From IMG/VR virus record IMGVR_UViG_3300031857_023291: a stretch of 64,000 bases of DNA. One strand, given 5' to 3'. The position numbers and the translations under genes were made by a program. The stretch comes from an uncultured virus (IMG/VR IMGVR_UViG_3300031857_023291) (taxonomy: Duplodnaviria > Heunggongvirae > Uroviricota > Caudoviricetes). Positions 1 to 9,220 of this stretch are shown in pieces. The notes under the pieces were generated by a model, which had not been told where the DNA came from, did not search any database, and was given only the letters and a program-made list of their open reading frames with translations. Every line of letters starts with the position of its first letter. The first letter of the stretch is position 1.

Positions 1-315
1 GGATTAGCTGGTTCAACTATTGGTACAAATTGGGCATCTGGTGGTGGAACTACTGGTTCTGGTGATGTTTCTGTTCCTTATAATCCTTCAGGTTCAAATA
101 GATTATTTCAAAAATTACCAACACCTATGGGTAAAGAACACGGACCAAGAACTGGTAAAAAATCTAGACAAAAAAGATTAGATGTCAAAGCATTAAAAGA
201 TATTTTATCAAAAAGACAAGATTTTACAGATGGTCAAGGTGAAGTAAAAAAGGATAAAAGAGTTTTAGACTTTAATGACTTCCTTAAAAATGATTTTACC
301 ACAATCAAGAAATGA
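1..315 (+). CDS. 5'-truncated hypothetical protein (Gly/Ser/Thr-rich segment, basic C-terminus)
   Basis: Frame of the 127..315 ORF is open back to position 1 (GLAGSTIGTNWASGGGTTGSGDVSVPYNP...). Confidence 0.6.
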   Translation, partial: GLAGSTIGTNWASGGGTTGSGDVSVPYNPSGSNRLFQKLPTPMGKEHGPRTGKKSRQKRLDVKALKDILSKRQDFTDGQGEVKKDKRVLDFNDFLKNDFTTIKK

Positions 316-563
316 AGAACTTAAAGACATTTGAATCATTCGGAATGCAAAGAGATAACTGCGATAGATGTGGTGGTCCAACAAATAATACAACAACAAC
401 GTCTATGTTTAATATGGATGTAATTTGTATGAATTGTAAAGAAGAAGAAAAGAAAGATCCAGAGTATGAGGCAGCATCTAAAGCCGAGTTAGAAGCAATA
501 AGAAAAGGAGTCAAAAACTATCAAGGTGCTATGCCTGATTATGAGCCGTTAAAAAGAAGTTAA
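312..563 (+). CDS. small zinc-finger protein with N-terminal MKNLKTFESF leader
   Basis: CDRC...CMNC pairs; leader shared with many other ORFs. Confidence 0.6.
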   Translation: MKNLKTFESFGMQRDNCDRCGGPTNNTTTTSMFNMDVICMNCKEEEKKDPEYEAASKAELEAIRKGVKNYQGAMPDYEPLKRS

Positions 564-604
564 ACTTTATTAACAATTTTCTATAAAATAGAAAAGTTCT
601 TTTC

Positions 605-1153
605 ATGGACAAATCTAAACACGAAAAAGTTATAATTTTAGGTCAATCAGGTAGTGGGAAAGACTTCTTACTAAGAAAATTAGTAGAGAGGGGTTTAAAG
701 CCTTGTTTGAAATGGACTACTAGACCAGCTCGTAAGTTTGAAAAACAAGGTGTTAATTATAATTTTGTTTCTGATTCTGAATTTATACAATCTATAAATG
801 AAAATAAATTCTTAGCTTATCAAGAATTCCAAGTTACTCCAGAGGATAAGTCTCCGGAAAAATGGTACTATGGAATAACACAAGAAGAATTCGAAAAGTC
901 ACAAGTTATGATTATGACACCTGGAGAATTCAAAAATATAACATCTGAGCAAAGAAAAGGTTGTTTTGTAGTTTACTTAGATATAGATAGAAGTATTAGA
1001 GAATCAAGATTATTAAAAAGAGAAGATAAAAACGACTCTATCAAAAGAAGACTAGATGCTGATGAAGAAGACTTTAAAGATTTAAATGATTATGATTTAA
1101 AAGTAAGAGATCCAGAATTTACAGCTGAAGATGTCTATGACCTTATGGATTAA
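605..1153 (+). CDS. gmk: guanylate kinase-like protein
   Basis: P-loop GQSGSGKD, TTRPARKFE, YNFVS, WYYG motifs. Confidence 0.8.
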   Translation: MDKSKHEKVIILGQSGSGKDFLLRKLVERGLKPCLKWTTRPARKFEKQGVNYNFVSDSEFIQSINENKFLAYQEFQVTPEDKSPEKWYYGITQEEFEKSQVMIMTPGEFKNITSEQRKGCFVVYLDIDRSIRESRLLKREDKNDSIKRRLDADEEDFKDLNDYDLKVRDPEFTAEDVYDLMD

Positions 1154-1866
1154 GGTTCTTTTTTTCCATCAAAAGTTAATCCTTTTAATTGACCATTGAT
1201 TGAATTACACACATTTTCAGAATTACTGATTGTGTTTTCTAAAACAGACAAAAGAATATTTAAAATTGAATAAACTTTGAGTAAATTCTTTTCAGATTTA
1301 TAAAATTGAGATGAACATACTCCTTCAATTAAATCTAATGTGAGAGCTATAGTGTCATTATTTTTTACTTTCATTTTTTCAACAATGATTTTAGGTATAC
1401 CGACATCATCACATTCTTTTTCATAATCGTAAACTGTCAAATTAATCAGGTTTAATAAATTTGTATGTAGCTTAGCATCATCCATTTCTTGATAATCTTT
1501 AGATAATGTGAATTTAGAGATGTTCTTCTTATAATTTCTTAAATAAATTGTTAGATATTTTCTAAAAATTGCAGTCCTGTATTCAGTTGAAAATTGAAAA
1601 GTTGGAACTTTTGAATACATCCAAAAATCTATATAATTGAAAATATCGTGATTTGTAATATCAGAATCAGTTATATTTCTTACCACATCATCATTTTTTG
1701 CTTTATTTCTCATAAATCTTTCAACAAAACTTTCTGATATTTTTGAAAATAAATCACTAAACCACTTACCCTTTACTGCAGTGATAATTAGGAAAACCAA
1801 AATAATAAATATTGCTCCTCTGAATCCATAATTTTCAATAAGTGTTGTAATCTCAGTTATAGTCAT
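1150..1866 (-). CDS. hypothetical protein with N-terminal transmembrane helix
   Basis: Hydrophobic GAIFIILVFLIITAV segment; TAATATATA motif upstream. Confidence 0.55.
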   Translation of the reverse strand: MTITEITTLIENYGFRGAIFIILVFLIITAVKGKWFSDLFSKISESFVERFMRNKAKNDDVVRNITDSDITNHDIFNYIDFWMYSKVPTFQFSTEYRTAIFRKYLTIYLRNYKKNISKFTLSKDYQEMDDAKLHTNLLNLINLTVYDYEKECDDVGIPKIIVEKMKVKNNDTIALTLDLIEGVCSSQFYKSEKNLLKVYSILNILLSVLENTISNSENVCNSINGQLKGLTFDGKKEP

Positions 1867-1996
1867 TAGTATTAATTTTTTTTACTTAAAGTATATATTA
1901 AATAGTCTAAGGAATAAAAATTTAATTGTATCGTTTTTTTGAAAAAAACAAATGTAAATACTACTTATTAATATATAAAAAAAATAATTAAATCAA

Positions 1997-2320
1997 ATGG
2001 ACTTAAAATCTAACGTCAATAAAATACATAGTGATTTGTTAAACAATTTTGAAGATGTGAAAATTACTGAAAAATCCTCAAAAGAAATTCAAGAATATAT
2101 TGAGTTTTCAGTTATAAGAGAAGGTAAAGAAGTAATAATTGTAGCTACAAAAAAGGAATTATCTAACAATAATTTCAGTTGGAGTTATTATTCTAATCCA
2201 CAAAAAAAAGATTTTCTTGTTGAAAGAAGCTCTAGTGTAGATAGTCTTCTAAATGACGTGGAAGATATTTTTAATAGAAACAGATTTGATTCTGAATATT
2301 TAGAAAATATTAACAAATAA
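1997..2320 (+). CDS. hypothetical protein
   Basis: 107-aa ORF after a TAATATATA motif, immediately upstream of the baseplate gene. Confidence 0.55.
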   Translation: MDLKSNVNKIHSDLLNNFEDVKITEKSSKEIQEYIEFSVIREGKEVIIVATKKELSNNNFSWSYYSNPQKKDFLVERSSSVDSLLNDVEDIFNRNRFDSEYLENINK

Positions 2321-2322
2321 TT

Positions 2323-4050
2323 ATGCCAGCTACAAGATTTTCTTCGATAAGTTTTAAAGGAATAAAAGACGAAATAGAAAGATATTTAACCAGTGAGTTT
2401 AATAAGGCAAGTGTTTTATATTCACCAGCGTCACCTTATGGTCAGATACTTTCGGTGGTGGAAAATCTACACCAATTATCAATTTTATATTTAAAAAATG
2501 CAATAAATCAATTTGATTTAAGCAACCCGACATCTAATAATATAAGAGTAATAAGAAACGCTGCTATATTTTCGGGACACAATCCTACAAGAGGCATAAG
2601 TGCAACTGGTACATTAAAGTTAAGACTTAAACCAAGTGTTGACTTAGATAAAGATCTTGGTGGACAAAGAATTACTATCAATAATAAATCTTTAATTAAA
2701 AATAAAACTAATGGTTTAGAATATTCAATCAATATGGGTGTTGAGAAGATGACTCATGCTGTAAATCAAAACTATGAATTTTATCTGCCAATTATTCAGG
2801 GTAAATGGTCTAGAAAAACTTTCACAGGAGACGGAAAACCATTACAAACATTTGCAATATCTGAGCCTGGTGGAAAAGATGTTGAAAATTTCAATATAAT
2901 CGTATCAGTAAATGGTGTTTTGTGGACCGTTAGAAAGCATATTTGGGACATGATTCCAGACGAACAAGCGTGTGTGGTCAAAACTGGATTCATTGGTGGT
3001 ATTGATGTAATTTTTGGAAACGAAGGCTTTGGTGCTATACCACCTTTAGCTTCCGTTATTACCGTGGACTATATAACAACTGATGGTTCAAATGGTAATA
3101 TTTTCAGAAGAACTAGAGATGACTGGCAGTTTGTTTCTGATATCTATGATGGTAATGGTGAGACTGTTGATATGGAAAAACTATTTAACGTTGATATATT
3201 TACGGATATCAACTTTGGTGCGGATAAGGAAAACTTTGAGTTTACTAAATCTATTTTACCAATTGTTAGTAACAACTTTGTTTTAGCAACACCTCAACAA
3301 TATGCTTATGAAATAAAAAAACTCGGTGTGTTTTCACATGTAAATGCTTACGAAAAAACAGGTAGTATTTTTATAGTAGCCACGCCTAATATAAAATTAT
3401 TCAAAAATCAAAATGCTAATTACTTTACCGTGGATTTAAGAGCATTTGAATTAGATAACTATGAGAAAAGAAAAATAGATCAATTTTTAAAATCTGGTGG
3501 TAATATACAATTGACAAAAAAATATAGAATTGATTCACCTAAATTATCTTTTTACGTAATGAATATCAATGTTATATCTTATTCAGATGCGCTAGATGTT
3601 TCAGTAAATGCACAAATTCTAGAAAGAATTTCAGAATATTTCTTGAATCTGAAAAGAATAGATAGAGTGCCAAAATTAGACATAATTAGAGTTTTATCTT
3701 CGATTACTGATATACACTCTGTAGAAATACAATTTATTTCAAAGAAAAATGAAGATTATCATGGTGAAAACATGAGAAGAATGCAAGCCTCTCAAAATAA
3801 CTATAACTCAAATTATAATACCAATATTTCAACCGCAAGACCGAATCCTAATTATGATTCAAATGCTTCATATGGTTTAGATCCAGAATTGGGTGATATA
3901 TTATTTGAACCAGATGAAATACCGGTTATTCGAGGTGGATGGACAGATAGAAATGGTATACAATATCAAGATGTTGTTGACGGACTGGGAATGAAATCTG
4001 TTAATATATACAAAAAAGGCACCGTTGATTCAAAAAATAGACCAGTTTAA
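2323..4050 (+). CDS. baseplate wedge subunit (T4 gp6-like)
   Basis: gp6-like layout: N-terminal FKGIKDEIERYL, AIFSGHNPTRGISA, FGNEGFGAIP, VDYITTDGSNGN, GADKE, LATPQQY. Confidence 0.7.
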   Translation: MPATRFSSISFKGIKDEIERYLTSEFNKASVLYSPASPYGQILSVVENLHQLSILYLKNAINQFDLSNPTSNNIRVIRNAAIFSGHNPTRGISATGTLKLRLKPSVDLDKDLGGQRITINNKSLIKNKTNGLEYSINMGVEKMTHAVNQNYEFYLPIIQGKWSRKTFTGDGKPLQTFAISEPGGKDVENFNIIVSVNGVLWTVRKHIWDMIPDEQACVVKTGFIGGIDVIFGNEGFGAIPPLASVITVDYITTDGSNGNIFRRTRDDWQFVSDIYDGNGETVDMEKLFNVDIFTDINFGADKENFEFTKSILPIVSNNFVLATPQQYAYEIKKLGVFSHVNAYEKTGSIFIVATPNIKLFKNQNANYFTVDLRAFELDNYEKRKIDQFLKSGGNIQLTKKYRIDSPKLSFYVMNINVISYSDALDVSVNAQILERISEYFLNLKRIDRVPKLDIIRVLSSITDIHSVEIQFISKKNEDYHGENMRRMQASQNNYNSNYNTNISTARPNPNYDSNASYGLDPELGDILFEPDEIPVIRGGWTDRNGIQYQDVVDGLGMKSVNIYKKGTVDSKNRPV

Positions 4051-4304
4051 TGTTATACGATAATAAACAAATACCAGAGTTAAATTATATGAAACATCTT
4101 CACGATGATGATGACTCTTATTTATATTACGAAAATGTTGTTTTAGATAAATCTTTATCACCATACATGTACGAGAATGATACGATGAATGGCTTTTTAA
4201 AAAGATTACAACCACTTGTGGCAAATTTATTTGACAATATGAACATAGTCAAAAATTTCAAAAATTATATGGTAGATAAATATCATTATAAACAAAGAGG
4301 TTAA
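4050..4304 (+). CDS. hypothetical protein, possibly baseplate-associated
   Basis: Coupled (TAATG) to the baseplate gene. Confidence 0.5.
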   Translation: MLYDNKQIPELNYMKHLHDDDDSYLYYENVVLDKSLSPYMYENDTMNGFLKRLQPLVANLFDNMNIVKNFKNYMVDKYHYKQRG

Positions 4305-4359
4305 AAAACTATTTTATAAATTTAATATATAAAAGATAAAACATAACAATAGCAATAAA

Positions 4360-5010
4360 ATGGCTGATAACAAGAAAAATATCGTTGGATTTAAAAAGTT
4401 TACAGATCTTAAAACTAAATCAAAAGTTGAAGAGGTAGACTTCTCAATGCCTGAAACACCAGAAAGTGATTCAGATAGACCAATGAATCCGAACCTACCA
4501 AATGAAAAAAGCAAAATCGAAAGGTCAGCTTCAAGAAAAGGAATTTTGCCACAAGAACAAGATTATGCAACTCATCCTGATTCTGATGAATTTGATGATG
4601 AAATAGATTTAGAAGATGAGACCAATGAATCAAAAGTTGATTTTACAGGAAAGGTAGCAAAATTTCCTAAGAATGTAAAGGCGTCAAAAGCTTATAATTT
4701 TTTAGAGAATGTAAAAGTTTCTAAAAAATCAATTTGGTACATTATGGTTGAAAAACAAGAAAATGAATTACAAATGGTAAAATATAACGTCAAAGAAGGT
4801 GTTGATTTAGGTAAATTTGTAAATGAATTAAAATCTTACTATCTTAAAAAATATAATTCTGATAAAAAGATTTGCAAACTAATCGAAGGAATAAACGTAG
4901 ATGGAAATGATAAGTATTCTATGGTAAAAAATATACCACTTGTTGAAGTAGATGGTAGAAAAATGATAAGTATCATAACTCAAGATTTAATTAAATTATT
5001 AAGTAAATAA
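4360..5010 (+). CDS. hypothetical protein with acidic linker, possibly virion-associated
   Basis: 216-aa ORF; IVGFKKFTD leader-like start; internal TNES; TAATATATA upstream. Confidence 0.55.
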   Translation: MADNKKNIVGFKKFTDLKTKSKVEEVDFSMPETPESDSDRPMNPNLPNEKSKIERSASRKGILPQEQDYATHPDSDEFDDEIDLEDETNESKVDFTGKVAKFPKNVKASKAYNFLENVKVSKKSIWYIMVEKQENELQMVKYNVKEGVDLGKFVNELKSYYLKKYNSDKKICKLIEGINVDGNDKYSMVKNIPLVEVDGRKMISIITQDLIKLLSK

Positions 5011-5045
5011 AAGATAACCACTCTAAGAAGAGTATTCTTAGACCG

Positions 5046-5077
5046 ACCCAAGAACATGTTCTTGGGTTTCTTTTTTT
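5046..5077 (+). terminator. intrinsic terminator
   Basis: ACCCAAGAACATGTTCTTGGGT inverted repeat followed by a T-tract. Confidence 0.7.
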
Positions 5078-5102
5078 GTATTATTTTTTTAATATATAAT
5101 TT

Positions 5103-5429
5103 ATGAGAAAAGTAAAATTATTTTTAGAATTTGTGAGCGGAAATAAAGAATCGTTATTCATACCACTTACTTACAATGACATCGCTAAGAAATTAGGTTG
5201 CACAACTGATGAGGTAGAAGAATTTGAAAATTGGCTTGATGAGAACATTAAACCAGGTGAAATTTTTCATGGATCTTTATCATCAACAGATGATGAAGAA
5301 GAGCATGAAAAACCGGTTGAAATGTTTGATAAAATTGAAGATGAGGAAGATTACCTGGAGATGTGGAAGCAATATAAAGGAGGCGAAAAAGGACATTCTT
5401 CACACAGTCATAGTGAAGATGGTCTATAA
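5103..5429 (+). CDS. acidic hypothetical protein with leader MRKVKLFLEF
   Basis: ORF track; leader motif; TAATATATA at 5090-5098. Confidence 0.55.
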   Translation: MRKVKLFLEFVSGNKESLFIPLTYNDIAKKLGCTTDEVEEFENWLDENIKPGEIFHGSLSSTDDEEEHEKPVEMFDKIEDEEDYLEMWKQYKGGEKGHSSHSHSEDGL

Positions 5430-5469
5430 AATCAGGTGATGTCAAAAAGGAATTAAACTCTATAATAAA

Positions 5470-6627
5470 ATGAAATACCTAAAAACATTTGAAAATTTTA
5501 GTTTAATTTTAGAGGCAGAGTTGAAACACTCTGAAATTTTAGCAAGTAAGCTTGAAGAACTTTTCAAAAAATCATCTCAAGAGTTAGACGATTTAGGTAA
5601 TTTTGATGCTGGGACTGGTGAGAAGATTAATAAGGCTAAATATGTTGAAAAGTTTTTTGAATCTTTGAAGGTTGAAGTTTCTGATGTAATATATCCTAAA
5701 TTTAAAATTCAACTAGGTGCCATCATTTTACAAAAAGGGTCTGAGTTAAGTTATAAATATTTACCTCTATTTAGAAAGAAATCTGAAAGAACTTTCATAG
5801 ATGATGTTAAAGACTGTATAGTTCAAAATAAATTAACTGATAATTTTACTGAATACCTAAAGAAGTGTTTTGTTAAAGTGAACTATCAACCATACTATGA
5901 AGATCCGATTAATGACAGACTTAGGTTTGGTTCACTCGTTAAGGAATTAAATGTAACAAAAGCATTTGATAGTAAAGAATCAATGTTTAAATGTGGTATA
6001 AAATTAAATTTATCAAATAATGAAACGATAAGAGATGAAATTAAAGACACAATAAGACATGAGCTACAACATTTGACACAGCTGACAAATACACTCTGTT
6101 TAAATGTGGCAGAATTCTTCATAAAGAATATAGATAGTATTCATAATATTAGATTTTTGGATGAAATTTCAAAAATTTATGAGGATTCAGTAAAAAAAAT
6201 TAAAGTTGGTAGTGGTAAAACATTGACTGGTTTAAAACAGAGTGGAGATGGTGAAATGTTTGATGCGGAAACTGGAAAAGAAACAAGTTTGAAATCAGCT
6301 TTTGAAAAAGTTTATAAAAAAGATTCTAAAGATGTTGGACTTACTAAAGACGAACAAGAGTTGGCTAAAGAATTAGAATATTTAGGTGATGACGTTGAGT
6401 ATAAGCCATGGATGTCAGATAAAGCATCATACTGGTATAAACTTTTGTTAGAGATTGAAGAGAAGAACGGTAAAAAAGTTGGTGATATTGAGGACCGACT
6501 CAGACTAGTCGTACCTTATGCATTTGAAAAGGATAAAGAGTTAAACCTACTCAATAAACTAAGAAAAGAAACATCAGGTGAGTTTTATAGATATATGAGA
6601 AAAAAGATAGAGAAAGAATCCGCTTAA
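5470..6627 (+). CDS. putative zincin-like (HExxH) protein with leader MKYLKTFENF
   Basis: IRHELQHLTQ motif; downstream Glu in DDVEYKPW. Confidence 0.5.
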   Translation: MKYLKTFENFSLILEAELKHSEILASKLEELFKKSSQELDDLGNFDAGTGEKINKAKYVEKFFESLKVEVSDVIYPKFKIQLGAIILQKGSELSYKYLPLFRKKSERTFIDDVKDCIVQNKLTDNFTEYLKKCFVKVNYQPYYEDPINDRLRFGSLVKELNVTKAFDSKESMFKCGIKLNLSNNETIRDEIKDTIRHELQHLTQLTNTLCLNVAEFFIKNIDSIHNIRFLDEISKIYEDSVKKIKVGSGKTLTGLKQSGDGEMFDAETGKETSLKSAFEKVYKKDSKDVGLTKDEQELAKELEYLGDDVEYKPWMSDKASYWYKLLLEIEEKNGKKVGDIEDRLRLVVPYAFEKDKELNLLNKLRKETSGEFYRYMRKKIEKESA

Positions 6628-6692
6628 AATTGAAGATAGTCTAACACAATATTCCAAAGTTTTACCTCGCAAAGATGCGTTCGGACACTATA

Positions 6693-7265
6693 TCATTCTA
6701 ATTCTTTTAGAATGAATTTCAATCTATCATCCACTTTGACGCTTGATAAATCTGTGTGATTTATATTTTCAAGTTCTAAGTAAGACTTTATCCATCTATC
6801 TAATTTAGTGATGTCATCATCATTGTGATATCTGATTCCATCATTTGTATCAATATTTCTCATTGGTGGAACATAGAAGATATGGTCAATCGTATTTATG
6901 TGTTTTAAGATTTCTTTTTGAAGATGATTGATAGTTGCTATATCTTTGTTAGATGGTTTTTCTGGAAATAACTTTCTAAAATAAAAATAATTCAATATTG
7001 AGCTTGAATCACAAACAATAAATTCTTTTGAATCTAAGAACATAGTTTCTTTATTTAATTGTTTGTAAAAGATAACCATTTGGTCGATAGGAGTATTAGG
7101 TATTCCATACTCTGCAATAAAATCTGTGGCTACTTCTCCGATAAAAATAGAATTCTTATTTCTTTTTTTTAATTCAGTGTGTAATTCAGATGCCAATGTT
7201 GATTTACCAGAGGCTGGTGCTCCGATAACCATTATTAATTTTCCTTTAGAATTCGTATTTTTCAT
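6693..7265 (-). CDS. P-loop kinase/NTPase, NadR-kinase-like (AAA_28)
   Basis: GAPASGKST, EVATDFI, VCDSS, DGIR motifs; start placed at MKNTNSK (7265). Confidence 0.6.
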   Translation of the reverse strand: MKNTNSKGKLIMVIGAPASGKSTLASELHTELKKRNKNSIFIGEVATDFIAEYGIPNTPIDQMVIFYKQLNKETMFLDSKEFIVCDSSSILNYFYFRKLFPEKPSNKDIATINHLQKEILKHINTIDHIFYVPPMRNIDTNDGIRYHNDDDITKLDRWIKSYLELENINHTDLSSVKVDDRLKFILKELE

Positions 7266-7725
7266 AAAATATAAATGAATAGTTATATGAATTTTTTTCG
7301 TCTGATAAGAAGTCTTCTTTCTTAGAAACATACCAAGCAGGTGATAGTTCAGGAAAAGTAGTATCGCCTTCAAACTCTTTGTCTACTATAGTCATATAGA
7401 TTTGTTCAGCCAAATGTAAAGTCTGTCTATAGATATCACCACCTCCGATAATAAAGCAATCATTGTTAGTCAGAAGTAAAGCTTCTTCAATTGAATTGAC
7501 AACTTCACAACCTTCTACTTTAAAATCATTATCTCTTGTTATTATAATATTTCTACGATTAGGAAGAGGTCTTCCAATTGATTGAAAAGTTTTCCTTCCC
7601 ATAACAATTGGATTACCCGTTGTGACTTCCTTAAATCTTTTTAAATCAGCTGGTAAGTGCCAAATTAATTTATTGGAATCACCAATAACTCTATTTTTTG
7701 ATATAGCAACTATTAGTTTAATCAT
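7246..7725 (-). CDS. folA: dihydrofolate reductase
   Basis: VIGDSNKLIWHLPADLKRFK, MGRKTFQSIGRPLPNRRNI, IIGGG, GDTTFP. Confidence 0.95.
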   Translation of the reverse strand: MIKLIVAISKNRVIGDSNKLIWHLPADLKRFKEVTTGNPIVMGRKTFQSIGRPLPNRRNIIITRDNDFKVEGCEVVNSIEEALLLTNNDCFIIGGGDIYRQTLHLAEQIYMTIVDKEFEGDTTFPELSPAWYVSKKEDFLSDEKNSYNYSFIFYEKYEF

Positions 7726-8900
7726 TTGTTAAAAAACTGACCATTTGATTGAATTTTCATTAAATCTTCTGGTGTAAAATTTTGTGGATTTGTTTTAGTA
7801 AGATTAACTATTTCTTGATAAGTAGCCTTTGCCTCGTCCATTCTTCCAGTATAAAAACAAGCCGCTGCATGTGACTCTGCAAATTTCCAAACATAGAGGG
7901 ATTCATCAACAAATAATAGTCTTTTTGGATAAGGATTTTTTCCATGAAAATTAACTTTAGCAAATTTAGTATACATATAAGCCAAATGCCATTCACCAAC
8001 TTGTAGGTAATAATCAATAATAGTTTTAATAGATTCACCTCTCATAGGATCCATAGCATACGCTTTAAGACATTCCTGATGTGTAAGATTCCAGGGTTCT
8101 TCTAAAACTCTCATTATTGTACCAACTCTATATTGAGAATAGTAAATTTCTTCTGGATATCCATCACCTCTACTTATTCTCTCTCTATAATATTTGATGG
8201 CTCTTCTTAATCTTTCTTCATTTTCCTCTTTATTATCAGGCATTGAAGCAGAATCGTGATATGATTGTGCCGTATAAAAAATCCATCTTGGATCCTGTCT
8301 ATTTTCGTCTATATACTTTTCAAGCTCAAACGCATGTGATTTATATTTTGCTGGGATATTGCCTTTCCAAGAAGCTCCTTCCATTTTAACATCAACGTGA
8401 ATTCCCTCAGCTAAACCAGATGTTATATTTTTATCATCACAAATAATAAACTCGTGAACTGGACCGTACCATCTAAATGGTTTAGATACTTTAAAGAAAG
8501 TATTTCTGGTGTACTTCATTTGATTTATATAAGTATTAATCATATACAAATCTTTAGTGAATTGATTTTTGTTAAAATTAGAAGCAGGTATGATTGTTTC
8601 ATCACAATCGAACCAGTAACCATGAACTTTATCAGCATCCCAACCTAATTCTTTTACCACATCTCTAAGTTTTTCCATAGCAAAATTTCGACTTTTTTCA
8701 AAGTTATCGAAAGGTCTGTCAAAAACATACACTGGAATATTGTTTTCAAATCCGAATTTTTTTATAATTTCTTGCGTACCGTCGTCAGAACCAGTGTCAA
8801 CTGCTACGATAAGATCTGTGATTTCTTTAGCGCTGTTAAGCATTTTATTTATGACATGAGATTCATTCTTACAAATGAAGTTTAATGCTAATTTTCCCAT
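7722..8900 (-). CDS. GT2-family glycosyltransferase with C-terminal TPR-like repeats
   Basis: ICKNES, VDTGSDDGT, DNFEKSRN, DCDE (DxD), GPVHE; helical FYTAQSY repeats. Confidence 0.8.
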   Translation of the reverse strand: MGKLALNFICKNESHVINKMLNSAKEITDLIVAVDTGSDDGTQEIIKKFGFENNIPVYVFDRPFDNFEKSRNFAMEKLRDVVKELGWDADKVHGYWFDCDETIIPASNFNKNQFTKDLYMINTYINQMKYTRNTFFKVSKPFRWYGPVHEFIICDDKNITSGLAEGIHVDVKMEGASWKGNIPAKYKSHAFELEKYIDENRQDPRWIFYTAQSYHDSASMPDNKEENEERLRRAIKYYRERISRGDGYPEEIYYSQYRVGTIMRVLEEPWNLTHQECLKAYAMDPMRGESIKTIIDYYLQVGEWHLAYMYTKFAKVNFHGKNPYPKRLLFVDESLYVWKFAESHAAACFYTGRMDEAKATYQEIVNLTKTNPQNFTPEDLMKIQSNGQFFNK

Positions 8901-8929
8901 TTAAATTATTATTTTTTATTTTATATTTT

Positions 8930-9220
8930 TTATATTAATTTTGTTTCATCTAATAAACTATTTAATTTGATTTCTCGTATTACATAAAGAGGCACCATAT
9001 AGGTTTTATGCACTCTTATTGGCATTTTTTTGAAAGATTTTTCATTTCTTTCTCTTACGTAGAGGATTTCATTCTCAATATTATCAACTCTGTATACTTT
9101 ATCATCATTAATCAGACTTGGATATCCATTGCCTTTTCTCCAAAATATTACAACTTCATCTCCGATTTCAAATGATATTGTTCCGTTTTTGATTTTATCT
9201 TTTATTACCCAAGTATTCAT
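8930..9220 (-). CDS. small hypothetical protein with C-terminal REIKLNSLL tag
   Basis: ORF track; shared C-terminal motif. Confidence 0.55.
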   Translation of the reverse strand: MNTWVIKDKIKNGTISFEIGDEVVIFWRKGNGYPSLINDDKVYRVDNIENEILYVRERNEKSFKKMPIRVHKTYMVPLYVIREIKLNSLLDETKLI

